NCBI RefSeq assembly: GCF_001194135.2
Contig: NC_069006.1
Coordinates: 1,237,668-1,283,598 of the forward strand
Reading direction: 5' to 3'
DNA length: 45,931 nucleotides
Source of the DNA: Octopus bimaculoides
Lineage: Eukaryota
Each line of letters opens with the position of its first letter. Position 1 is the stretch's first letter. The notes under the pieces were generated by a model. The model had not been told where the DNA came from, ran no database searches, and saw nothing but the letters and a program-made list of their open reading frames with translations. Made by a program: the position numbers and the translations under genes. Below, one piece after another: positions 10,465-22,280 of this stretch.

Positions 10465-10656
10465 CTTTTATATAAGAACACACGTATAAATTGTAAGTCA
10501 ATTTCAAACAACGGAAAAATAATGTTGAATTAATTTAAGATTAATTAGCTACTTCTGAAATAAGAAATATAATACAGATAATATTTTTCTTTTCAGAACA
10601 CTCCAAAAATATAATAATGCAAACGGATGCTTTGGATAAAAAAAATTCAAACTTAC

Positions 10657-10877
10657 CGCCAGGTTCTTCCACCATTTTAGCTGGCTAACTCAAGAATTAT
10701 GGGATTGGTTTGGTTCGGGTCAGAAAGTGGAACGAGGTTAGCAACAATTCCACATTAACAAAGAGAGAAAGAGAGAGAGAGGGGGTGTCAGGTGGTTTTC
10801 TCAAAGCAGACGTAGGAGTCAGTGAGTGAGGGGGAAGGGGAGGCAGAATATTTCGAAAACACCTGGACGCAGTTTCT
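10657..10877 (-). CDS. Candidate start-codon exon (5' UTR + MVEEPG)
   Basis: Acceptor tacttttgtttcag| at 10879-10878; AAAATGG start at 10675 with an in-frame upstream stop; donor CG|GTAAGT at 10656. Confidence 0.4.
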
Positions 10878-11244
10878 CTGAAACAAAAGTAACTATTTTA
10901 TCTAATTTTCCGATGATATCGATAAAAAAAATCACAGAGCATACCTTGTATGCCTGAGAGTACATGCTCCGTACATGTATGTGCATACTTACATCTACCT
11001 GTATATATAGATGCATATCTGGGTACAGGATATTGCAAACAAAACGGAGAAAAAAATGATAAACAAGTACAGAAAACACACAGGCCACATATAGAACATT
11101 TCCTTTATCAGCTGCCACCATTCAACACTGGCGTTTCGAAGAGTTAGGACATATTTATTTAATGAAATACCCAGCATGGTCACAGTATAATAGCTGAAGC
11201 AAGTAAAAGATTATAAAAGATTATATATATATATAAAGTAATTG

Positions 11245-11386
11245 TATGCTGTCAACTTAACGTCACAGTCTCAAGAAGGGAATCATACTATTGCTATTTA
11301 GCCCTAGGAAGCGGTCCAGCTTCCTTGGACTAAATAGCAGTAGTATGATTCCCTTCTTGGGACTGTGACGTTAAGTTGACAGCATA
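11245..11386. repeat. Near-perfect fold-back palindrome, 68-bp arms and 6-nt loop
   Basis: 11245-11312 vs 11319-11386: 64/68 Watson-Crick pairs; two of the four differences are G.U-compatible on the plus strand. Confidence 0.95.
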
Positions 11387-11550
11387 AAACTATTTTATCT
11401 TATCACTACTGCTTCAGTCTCTCTGAGACATTTAGAAATGGATCATTTCTAATATATAAATATACATATATGTACATTTATATATACGTGTGTGTGCGCG
11501 CGCGCGCGTATAAATATTCGTATACATATAAGTAGGAATGACTATATGTG

Positions 11551-11602
<52 letters not shown>

Positions 11603-12342
11603 TGCGCATTATTGTTTACTTAATCCGTCTATACCCAAATATAAACAGAGATACCCACATTGACACATTATATATACACACAAATTCATACACTTGCGTA
11701 ATTAAATAAACATACATTTTAACGAACATTTGGAACGTTCGCCGAACTTTAAGACATTGCCTAATCCACCGTTTTCGTATCATGGCGGAGAAGTCGCGAC
11801 CCTTTGTGCCTCTGGCATAGCGCCATGTTGTATATATTTCTACAGCAAGCAAGACCTTTTGTAGACTCCTTAATAACGGCTTCACCCTAAGCTCGTAGGT
11901 CATTGGAGTAGACTAGAGATGTAAACGAGGCTTATGACATCATAACGCCTGATGGATTGAAGGGGATTAGAAAGGAAAACAAATCTGTTTTTGTTACACA
12001 ATCATATGTATGTGTGTATGCATGTATGTATGTAAGTATGTATATGTGTGTGTATGTATGTCCCTTTATTTCTCCCTCTCTCTCTGTATGCATGTATATG
12101 TGTATATATATATGTATATATATATATATATTTATATATTTATGTTTATATATATGGATACATACATACATATGTATATATTTGTTTATATATATACATA
12201 CATACGTGTATATTTATGTTTATACACACACACACACACACATATATATATTAGGTGGCAAATATACCTCACAACATCGTGCTGCTACTGTTTATATCTC
12301 GCTCAGAGATTTATTATTGCTGGTTTCTCCCTATTTATATAT

Positions 12343-12422
<80 letters not shown>

Positions 12423-12483
12423 GCACAGACACGCGTATGTACATTTTCTTATCTATCTATCTATCTATCTATCTATTTTCTAT

Positions 12484-12577
12484 TGAGGTCTGGTCAATAA
12501 GTATCCGGACTGTTGCCATAGTAATGAAGCCAAAGCATGCAGAGTGAATCCGATTGGTAAAGATTGACCCTGATTTC
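12484..12577 (+). mobile_element. Mariner left end (TIR and subterminal), same family as 5975-6563
   Basis: gaggtctggtcaataagtatccggactgttgccatagtaatgaagc matches the reverse complement of about 6470-6563. Confidence 0.85.
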
Positions 12578-12587
12578 TCTTAGATGC

Positions 12588-12761
12588 AGAAGGAAAGAGT
12601 GAGAGAAAGTTGTAGCGAAGGTGTCACCATTACCTTTTGCCGGAGCCGCGTGGAGTTTAGGTGTTGCGCTCATAAGCATATCATCGCCCGGTCTGAGATT
12701 CGAACTCGTGATCCTTCGACCGTGAGTCTACTGCTCCAACGACTCGGCTATGTGCCTCCAC
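12588..12761 (-). mobile_element. SINE family A, diverged 5' half
   Basis: Matches the head half of the 22789-23172 copy with many substitutions. Confidence 0.75.
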
Positions 12762-13020
12762 AATCAACTGATCTTGCCGTATTTTCTTTTCCCCAAAGCC
12801 AGTCACTCTTCAGCCCCCTCCATGCTCTTTTAAACAGCATTCACTGTTAGGCCTTACTTCCCACGAGTGAAAATGTTTTTGAAACGGATTTGATCAGTTT
12901 GAAAGCAAATAAATACAAACCATCTAACAAGTCTATTCTCATCACCTCTTCATCAGAGAAACAGTTCACATCTTCCATCTGCTAATATGTTTTTACATAA
13001 GTATGCCCTTGCATAGGTAG

Positions 13021-13280
13021 AGCTGTGTTCTTGAGCAAGACACTTTATTTCACATTGCTCCAGTTCACTCATCTGTAGAAATGTGTTGTGACGTCACTGA
13101 TGCCAAGCTGTATCGGGCTTTGTCTTTCCTTTGGATAACATCGGTGGCTTGGAGAGGGGAGGCTGGCATTCATGAGTGACTGCTGGTCTTCCACAAACAA
13201 CCTTTCCCAGACCTGTGCCTCGGAGCGGAACTTTGTAGATGCAATCCCGTGGTCATTCATGACCGGAGACGGTCTCATAC
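13021..13280 (+). mobile_element. Probable CORE/V-domain-like SINE body (single copy in window)
   Basis: gtgttcttgagcaagacactttatttcacattgctccagttcactcatctgtagaaatg resembles the shared SINE central motif CTTGRGCAAG.CACTT...CTGTAAAATG; family from recall only. Confidence 0.45.
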
Positions 13281-13525
13281 CTTGTAATACAAATTAGTAT
13301 GTACAAAACAAATGCAGTAAAACGGTGTGAAGTTCATAATTAGTGTATAGCTTAATCTATTAAATGTAGCGAAGAGGAACGCCGTATTTTCAAGCAAATA
13401 CTCTGTCGTCACACCACAGATATTTTACAAGGCAATAAAAAGTGTCTTTGCCGTCAGCTGATCGATCTAAAGTTAATGGCTAAACGCTAATTTGCAGATG
13501 TGCTGTGAGTACATTGGCTATATGT

Positions 13526-14350
13526 CAGAGGTTGCCAAACAATTTTTTTTGTACCTATGGACCTCTTTGATTACTATTTTATTCTGGTGTCCCCCACCAA
13601 GCCATTCGATGTTTAAAAACTACTTTTATAGACACATCTTTCAAAATTCCTATTTTGTTTTTTTTTTAAACGACTTTTTTTGAAACATTAACTTCCGTAG
13701 GTTGAGCTATGTAAAATGTTAGAGAAAGAACCCTAGCTATTTCCTACAATACAAACCAATGCATACATCTAAAGCAGGGGTTCGCAACTATTTTTTTTTA
13801 TCTACGGACCCCTTTCATTGCTACTTTATTCTGGTGGACCCCTAACGACATCTGATGTTTTAAAAACTAGTTTTATAGAAACTTCTTTCAAAATTCCTGT
13901 TTTGTTTTTCACACATTAACTTTCTTAGGTTGAACAATGTAAAATGTTAGAAAAAGAATCCAAACTATTTCTTGCAATACAGACCAATCTATACCTCTAA
14001 AGCAGGGGCTGCCAACCATTTTTTACCCATAGACCTCTTGGTTAACTACTTTATTCTGGCGGACTCCCATAGTGATTTGATGTTTAAAAATCAGTTTTAT
14101 AGAAACTTCTTTCATAATTCCTATTTTGCTTTCCACACTTGAAATTGTGTAGGTTGAACTATGCAAAATGTAAGAGAATGAAAGCCAGCTGTTTCTTGAA
14201 ATACTCGCCATTGCACATATCAAAAGTAAAATTTTTTCGGGGGCCCTTAAAATACTATTGCGGGTCCCCAATTCAATATTTTGTTGCGTGGACCCCCAAA
14301 AATCTTATATGACCCCTCAACGGCCATATGGACCTCAATTGAGAACCACT
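13526..14350 (+). mobile_element. hAT (Charlie-like) MITE with its left about 230-250 bp present three times in tandem
   Basis: TIR-like starts cagaggttgccaaac (13526), caggggttcgcaac (13775) and caggggctgccaacc (14003); a single right TIR ttgagaaccact ends at 14350; unit interiors align. Confidence 0.75.
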
Positions 14351-14579
14351 TCTCTATCTAATAATACATTGAGTATAAAGTCTTTAGTGAGCTGTCTTTT
14401 CGCTTTGCATGCTTTACGAATTACTTAGGCGCATCAACACATGGACACGGACTCTATATCCTGACGTTGTGAGCGTTCGGAAATATCAAAAGTGGATTAA
14501 CAAATTAAAAACTGGGATTTGCATTATTTAGATAGATATCGATCAGGAAAACCAATTGTTCTCAATATTCCTTTGTACT

Positions 14580-15540
14580 GTAGGCACAAATCCTGGAAGT
14601 TTGGGGAGAGAGCAACGCGATTACATCGATGCCACTGACTATCTGAAACCCAAATCATTGTTCCCGAAAGGATGAAAGCAGATTCGCCCTCGGCGGAATT
14701 TGATCTTACAACATAATATTGGTTTCAAATTTTAGTACAAGCCTTTAAATTTGGTGGGGAGGGGAACAAGTCGATTACATCAATTCCCGTGTTCAGCTGG
14801 TAATTATTTTATCGATCCCTAAAAGATGAAAGCAGATTCGCCCTTGGAAAGAATTTGATCTTAGAATATAAAGACGGACAAAATATTGGCTTCACATTTT
14901 GGCACAAGGCCAGCAATTTCGAGGAAGGTATTCGTCGATTACATCGAGTCCAGTGTTCCGCTGATATTTGTTTTATCGACCCCGAAAGGATGAAAGTTAA
15001 AGTCGACCTCCACGGAATTTGAACTCAGAACATAAAGACTGACAAAATATTGCTAAGTATTTCATCCAGCGCACCAATGACTCTGCCAACGCGCCAACGT
15101 AGCTGTTTTGAATAATATTTTCTAATATAGGCACAAGGCATGAAATTTCGTGGCGAGGAAACTAGTCGATTACATTGACTCCAGTACATAACTGGTACTA
15201 AATTTATCGACCTCGAAAAGATGAAAGGCAAAGTCGACCTCGGCGGAATTTGAACTCAGAACGTAGCAACCGGTTAAATACTGCTAAGCATTTCGTCCGG
15301 CGTGCTAACGATTCTTTTCTACTCTAGGCACAAGGCGCGAATTATTTTTTTGTGGGGAGGGAGCGGGAATCAGGGGATTAGATCATCCCCAGTACGCCAC
15401 TGGTACTTAATTTATCGACCCCGAAAGGATGAAAGGCGAAGTCGACCTCGGCGGAATTTGAACTCAGAACGGAAAGACAAACGAAATACCTATAAGCATT
15501 TCACCCAGTGCGCTGACGACTCTGCCAACCCGCCGCCTTT
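14580..15540 (-). mobile_element. Head-to-tail array of five family B tRNA-derived SINEs (Meta-domain-like core)
   Basis: Five repeats of ...gattacatcga...tttatcgaccccgaaaggatgaaaggc-aagtcgacctcggcggaatttgaactcagaac. Box B GAGTTCAAATTCC on the minus strand. The MetaSINE assignment is from recall. Confidence 0.85.
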
Positions 15541-15604
15541 CTCTGTTCTGAATAATGACGTTGTGAAAGCGGCAATTTGTCTTCTATGAAAGGTCGCGAC
15601 GATC

Positions 15605-16250
15605 AGATAGAAGGAAAGTTGGTCGCTCATGAACTTTACCTCCGAGAATAAAGCATAGCGTTCAACAATTTCTAACAATTTGCTCATCAGTAATGAACAA
15701 ACACCTTTTCTTAATTAAATTGTAACAGGTTAAGAGAAATGGATAGCCTATGCCTACAATAGACGTCAGAAGCAGTGATTACCGCCAAATCAAAATCCCG
15801 TTCCAACACCCAAACCAGATCTACACCCGAACAAGATTTTGCTCTGCGTTTGGTGGAATACAATAAGTATTGTTCACTTTGAACTATTGGAAGCGAGGAA
15901 ATGCATCACCGCAGGTCTTCATTGCCAACAACTTGAATGTGTCAATCAACTTTTCTCACAAGAGCAACTAGCTTTAGTCAACAGAAAAAGAGTGATCATG
16001 TAACATGATAAAGCAATGTTATGTTCGGCGAAGATAACCTCCCTACTCACCAGACCTGGCATCATAAGATATTCGTTTAATCAAATCACTGAAAGTCTTT
16101 ACCAGTGGAAGAACATTAAAAAGCATGTAAGATGTCGAAACGGCAGTGAAGACATTTATCACTAAGAAAGAATCTCATTTTTCTCTTATCTTTTTGCCCG
16201 AGGAATCAGGAAAACATGTTCCGAGGAGGGAAAATAATTTTGTTAATGAT
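15605..16250 (+). mobile_element. Second mariner family, decayed catalytic (DD34D-type) half of the transposase
   Basis: GKLVAHEL...PFLN*IVTG*EKWIAY...PKPDLHPNKILLCVWWN...IVHFELL...CQQL...LVNRKRVIM*HDKA...PYSPDLA; standard mariner motifs with stops and deletions. Confidence 0.9.
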
Positions 16251-16253
16251 ATT

Positions 16254-16612
16254 TGTTGTTGGCACTTCGTCGCTTACGACGCCGAGGGTTCCAGTTGATC
16301 CGATCAACGAAACAGCTTGCTCGTGAAATTAACGTTCAAGTGGCTGAGCACTCCACAGACACATGTACCCTTAACGTAGTTCTCGGGGATATTCAGCGTG
16401 ACACAGTGTGACAAGGCTGACCCTTTGAATTACAGGCACAACAGAAACAGGAAGTAAGAGTGAGAGAAAGTTGTGGTGAAAGAGTACAGCAGGGTTCGCC
16501 ACCATCCCCTGCCGGGGCCTTGTGGAGCTTTAGGTGTTTTCGCTCAATAAACACTCACAACGCCCGGTCTGAGAATCGAAACCGCGAGTCCGCTGCCCTA
16601 ACCACTGGGCCA
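16254..16612 (-). mobile_element. SINE family A, near full length, 17-bp TSD
   Basis: TSD attttgttaatgatatt (16237-16253) / atttttttaatgatatt (16613-16629); (CAA)n tail; 14-nt deletion in the tRNA head. Confidence 0.95.
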
Positions 16613-16831
16613 ATTTTTTTAATGATATTAATTCTATTTTAAATAGAGAAATATATTTACGGTATGTTGTATGCAGATTCGAACTAATTACTTGATATAT
16701 GAGATTACTTTTAGCTATTCGAAATATGTCGTCAGCATATGAGATATTTTTATGAGGTAGGTCGACCAGTTTGTAAATACTATAAATAGCGATTAGCTAA
16801 AAATTCCTCTATGGACAAATCATGTGTTGCG

Positions 16832-16872
16832 TTCTCCGATGAAAGTCTAACAGGACCTGAAACTAGTCAGAA
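16832..16872 (+). ncRNA. Degenerate minimal type I hammerhead ribozyme motif (third family)
   Basis: TTCT-CCGATGA-AAGTC-taacag-GACCT-GAAAC-TA-GTC-AGAA. Stem I TTCT/AGAA, stem II 4/5 pairs, palindromic ACTAGT helix III, GUC triplet; one core change (U4 to C). Confidence 0.55.
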
Positions 16873-17115
16873 ACATGAATATTTATCGTTTCAGTGTAAT
16901 AATAGGGTGCCGCGAATAGAGACTGAACCGGAAACCACGTATTGGTGATGTGATCTTTTAATCCCTCGGCCATGACTTACATACACACAAGCACACATAC
17001 ATATACTTATACACATATGATATTGTATGTGCGTATATATACATATACAAATGCATACACACGCTTATATACGCATATATGCATACGTATATAAAACGCA
17101 TACATACATACATAT

Positions 17116-17162
<47 letters not shown>

Positions 17163-17673
17163 GCACATACACACACACATATATGTATGTACGTATATGG
17201 ATAGTGTTTTCATCATAATATGTTGAAATACACCAATACAGCTGTCGGAATGATAAATTTTACTTGACGGAAGAGAAACCGTTCAACAAAATATCGAACA
17301 AACACGAAGAAATCAACAAATACTAAAACAAAAACAAAAAAAAACCCCAAAAAACAAATCTACTACAACAACTTACACATCATCAACACATTAGCATCGC
17401 TCGTACTCTAACCAACCTCCACCACAACAGTAACAACAATATGAACGAAAATCTCAGCAAAACAAACCATCACGTCCACTTCCATTACCTCCCTTTAAAT
17501 AAAATAAAAAATCTGTTAACATCGATAAATACAGATGTGGAATACATTGCAATTAATTACACAGCCTTGTTGTTGACGTTCTTGCTATTTTCCTTATTTA
17601 TTTTATTTTATATTGTGGTGGTGAACAGGGTGTTTAGTATTTGGACACATACACACGCAGACACGCAAGCTAG

Positions 17674-17725
<52 letters not shown>

Positions 17726-17998
17726 NNNNNNNNNNNNNNNNNNNNNNNNNNNNNNNNNNNNNNNNNNNNNNNNNNNNNNNNNNNNNNNNNNNNNNNNNNN
17801 NNNNNNNNNNNNNNNNNNNNNNNNNNNNNNNNNNNNNNNNNNNNNNNNNNNNNNNNNNNNNNNNNNNNNNNNNNNNNNNNNNNNNNNNNNNNNNNNNNNN
17901 NNNNNNNNNNNNNNNNNNNNNNNNNNNNNNNNNNNNNNNNNNNNNNNNNNNNNNNNNNNNNNNNNNNNNNNNNNNNNNNNNNNNNNNNNNNNNNNNNN

Positions 17999-18043
<45 letters not shown>

Positions 18044-18577
18044 CGATATATTTCTATGTGTTTGTGTGGATGTTGAAAGATTATGTAATTTTAAATGTTA
18101 TGATTCACCCGTTTACATAAACTGACATCTGAGTTCATTTCGGTTTGTTTCTTCAAAATATATACTTCTCTCTCTCTCTCTATCTATCTATCTAGCTGTC
18201 TGTCTGTCTGTCTATCTGTCTGTCCATCCATCCATCCATCTGTCTATCTATCTATCTATCTATCTATCTGTCTATCTATCTATCTATCTAGCTTTTTTTA
18301 CACCTTAAACATTTTCTGTGATACACCATCCCTTTAGATCGTTTTTTTTTTACCGATCTCTTTTGATCAGAATTTTTTTTTCTAAAAGAATAGCTCTACA
18401 ATTGTATTTGTCCCCTCTGTCTGCAGCCCTGTGTGGCCAATAAAAGAAAGTCATCTATCTAGCTATCTGTCTGTCCGTCTATCTCTGTTTGACTGTCTGT
18501 CTGCCTGTCTGTCTACACATCCGTCCATTCGTGTATCTGTTGGCTTATCTATCAGCCGGACTGTATGTCTGTCTGTA

Positions 18578-18613
<36 letters not shown>

Positions 18614-20423
18614 CATCTGTATCTCTTTCTACCTTTCTATCCATGCATACACACACATACACACATATGCATACGTTAATGAGCGCATGTGTAGAAGTGA
18701 ATGCGTGTGTAATTGAAATATTATGTCAGAACTAAAAACGAAAAGCTACAGAGTTCATTACAAATTGTTTTATCGATTGGAAGTTACATGGATATTATTT
18801 TTATCAATATCTGCGTTGTAAGGGAACGTAGGAATTTTGTGAAATTTTGATGGGTGTGAGATAACTCTATGCATACGTGTATGTATGAATGTATGTATGT
18901 ATGTATGTATGTATGTATGAATGTATGTATGTATGTATGTATGTATGTATGTATGTATCTATCTATCTATCTATCTATCTATCTAAATAATTTTCCTTCG
19001 ATTTGTTTTCTTTTCTCATTTTTCTGGATATATANNNNNNNNNNNNNNNNNNNNNNNNNNNNNNNNNNNNNNNNNNNNNNNNNNNNNNNNNNNNNNNNNN
19101 NNNNNNNNNNNNNNNNNNNNNNNNNNNNNNNNNNNNNNNNNNNNNNNNNNNNNNNNNNNNNNNNNNNNNNNNNNNNNNNNNNNNNNNNNNNNNNNNNNNN
19201 NNNNNNNNNNNNNNNNNNNNNNNNNNNNNNNNNNNNNNNNNNNNNNNNNNNNNNNNNNNNNNNNNNNNNNNNNNNNNNNNNNNNNNNNNNNNNNNNNNNN
19301 NNNNNNNNNNNNNNNNNNNNNNNNNNNNNNNNNNNNNNNNNNNNNNNNNNNNNNNNNNNNNNNNNNNNNNNNNNNNNNNNNNNNNNNNNNNNNNNNNNNN
19401 NNNNNNNNNNNNNNNNNNNNNNNNNNNNNNNNNNNNNNNNNNNNNNNNNNNNNNNNNNNNNNNNNNNNNNNNNNNNNNNNNNNNNNNNNNNNNNNNNNNN
19501 NNNNNNNNNNNNNNNNNNNNNNNNNNNNNNNNNNNNNNNNNNNNNNNNNNNNNNNNNNNNNNNNNNNNNNNNNNNNNNNNNNNNNNNNNNNNNNNNNNNN
19601 NNNNNNNNNNNNNNNNNNNNNNNNNNNNNNNNNNNNNNNNNNNNNNNNNNNNNNNNNNNNNNNNNNNNNNNNNNNNNNNNNNNNNNNNNNNNNNNNNNNN
19701 NNNNNNNNNNNNNNNNNNNNNNNNNNNNNNNNNNNNNNNNNNNNNNNNNNNNNNNNNNNNNNNNNNNNNNNNNNNNNNNNNNNNNNNNNNNNNNNNNNNN
19801 NNNNNNNNNNNNNNNNNNNNNNNNNNNNNNNNNNNNNNNNNNNNNNNNNNNNNNNNNNNNNNNNNNNNNNNNNNNNNNNNNNNNNNNNNNNNATATACAT
19901 ATATATACATTATATATATATATATACATATATATACATTATATATATATATATACATATATATACATTATATATATATATACATTATATATATATATAT
20001 ATATACATATATATACATTATATATATATTATATATATATACAGACACACACATGAAACAAAAGAGAAAAGTAAAAAGGAAAACAAGGAATAGAAATGGC
20101 TCCAAGATGTTGAATAGTTCGCTGATAGTTTTCGTCTTGCAAAATGGTTCCTGTTGTGCTAAGAATGGCAACATCTTTACTTTGATGTTTGTACAACAAC
20201 AAACTAAACTTCATGTTGAATATATTTACTGTTGGTCGTCTGGAACATCCAAAGCTAATTCTTCAATCGTCACTTCAATAAAGAACATTCATCACACGAG
20301 GAGTTCAACACAACCCAACTGTCTACAATTCTACTCTATTCAACGCCAAACTGTACCATTCAGACATTTCTCGGAACCTCGGCATCGTGATCGCTCGCGT
20401 CCACATTTCCATATAGGTACAAA

Positions 20424-20474
<51 letters not shown>

Positions 20475-21226
20475 NNNNNNNNNNNNNNNNNNNNNNNNNN
20501 NNNNNNNNNNNNNNNNNNNNNNNNNNNNNNNNNNNNNNNNNNNNNNNNNNNNNNNNNNNNNNNNNNNNNNNNNNNNNNNNNNNNNNNNNNNNNNNNNNNN
20601 NNNNNNNNNNNNNNNNNNNNNNNNNNNNNNNNNNNNNNNNNNNNNNNNNNNNNNNNNNNNNNNNNNNNNNNNNNNNNNNNNNNNNNNNNNNNNNNNNNNN
20701 NNNNNNNNNNNNNNNNNNNNNNNNNNNNNNNNNNNNNNNNNNNNNNNNNNNNNNNNNNNNNNNNNNNNNNNNNNNNNNNNNNNNNNNNNNNNNNNNNNNN
20801 NNNNNNNNNNNNNNNNNNNNNNNNNNNNNNNNNNNNNNNNNNNNNNNNNNNNNNNNNNNNNNNNNNNNNNNNNNNNNNNNNNNNNNNNNNNNNNNNNNNN
20901 NNNNNNNNNNNNNNNNNNNNNNNNNNNNNNNNNNNNNNNNNNNNNNNNNNNNNNNNNNNNNNNNNNNNNNNNNNNNNNNNNNNNNNNNNNNNNNNNNNNN
21001 NNNNNNNNNNNNNNNNNNNNNNNNNNNNNNNNNNNNNNNNNNNNNNNNNNNNNNNNNNNNNNNNNNNNNNNNNNNNNNNNNNNNNNNNNNNNNNNNNNNN
21101 NNNNNNNNNNNNNNNNNNNNNNNNNNNNNNNNNNNNNNNNNNNNNNNNNNNNNNNNNNNNNNNNNNNNNNNNNNNNNNNNNNNNNNNNNNNNNNNNNNNN
21201 NNNNNNNNNNNNNNNNNNNNNNNNNN

Positions 21227-21258
<32 letters not shown>

Positions 21259-21647
21259 TGTTCTTTAATTCAGGAGTTGTACTTCAGTGGTGAATGAAAG
21301 CCTCGGCCAACAGACACTTCATTCCGTTCGTATTAACATTTCAGGGTCGTTAATTCAAGGATGTTCAACAGAAAATACATATTCAATGCTATATAACGCG
21401 CTATTCTGTCTCTGTTTCTTTATAAAAGAACAGCATATGGCCTCACGGACATTCGGCTGCTATTTCTAACATGTCAAACCATCACGTACATACTTCGTTT
21501 TGTGTTCACTCCTCTATTTCCTTATTACGGTCATCGTTAATAACACAAATATGATGAACTCTTGTGTTAGAGCAGAATTTAATAAGCTTCGTTTGTGAAA
21601 TCGCATATAAATTATTAGTTAAAGCTACTTCACAGTCGAGAAAGGAT

Positions 21648-22280
21648 GGCGTGTGTGTGTGTGTGTGTGTGTGTGAGTGTGTGAGTTTGTGTGTGTCTGC
21701 GTGCATGTGTGTATGTGAGTGTGCGTACGTGTGTGAATGTATGAGGGTGTGCGTGTGTGTGTGGATGAGTGTGTGCAGGTGTGTGTGTGCATCTTTCTAT
21801 TTGAGTATGTGTATGTGCCTGTGTGAATGTGTGTGCGTGTGTGTTGGTGTGTGTATGTGCATGCGTGTGTGAATGTGTACGTGTGTATGTGTGTGTGAGT
21901 GTGTGTGGGGTATGTGTGCGTGTGTGTGAGAGTGAGCGCGTGTGTGTATGTGTGTGGGCATATCTGTATGCGTGTGTGTGTGCACATTTTTGTATATAGG
22001 TGTATATATATGTGTATGTATGTGAGTGCGTATTCTTGTGTGCGTGGGTGCATGTATCGCACATGAGAGTATGGGTGCGAGTTTTCGTGTGTACGTGTTT
22101 GTGTATATGAGAATGAGTTTTGCATATGAGTCTATATGCGCTTCTCTTTGTATGTGCACATGTGTACGTATACATATATATATATGTGTGTGTGTGTGTG
22201 TGCATGTGCGTGTGTATATATATGTGTATATATGTGTGCATATATGTGTGTGTATATGTGTGTGTATATGTCTGTGTATG
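21648..22280. repeat. Degenerate (GT)n/(TATG)n tract
   Basis: Simple repeat; source of the His/Thr and Val/Cys ORFs. Confidence 0.95.

Noticed and set aside
13526-15540. CRISPR-like repeat-spacer array
   Set aside because: Repeats are 150-250-bp transposon-derived units without unique equal-length spacers; no cas genes; eukaryotic context.
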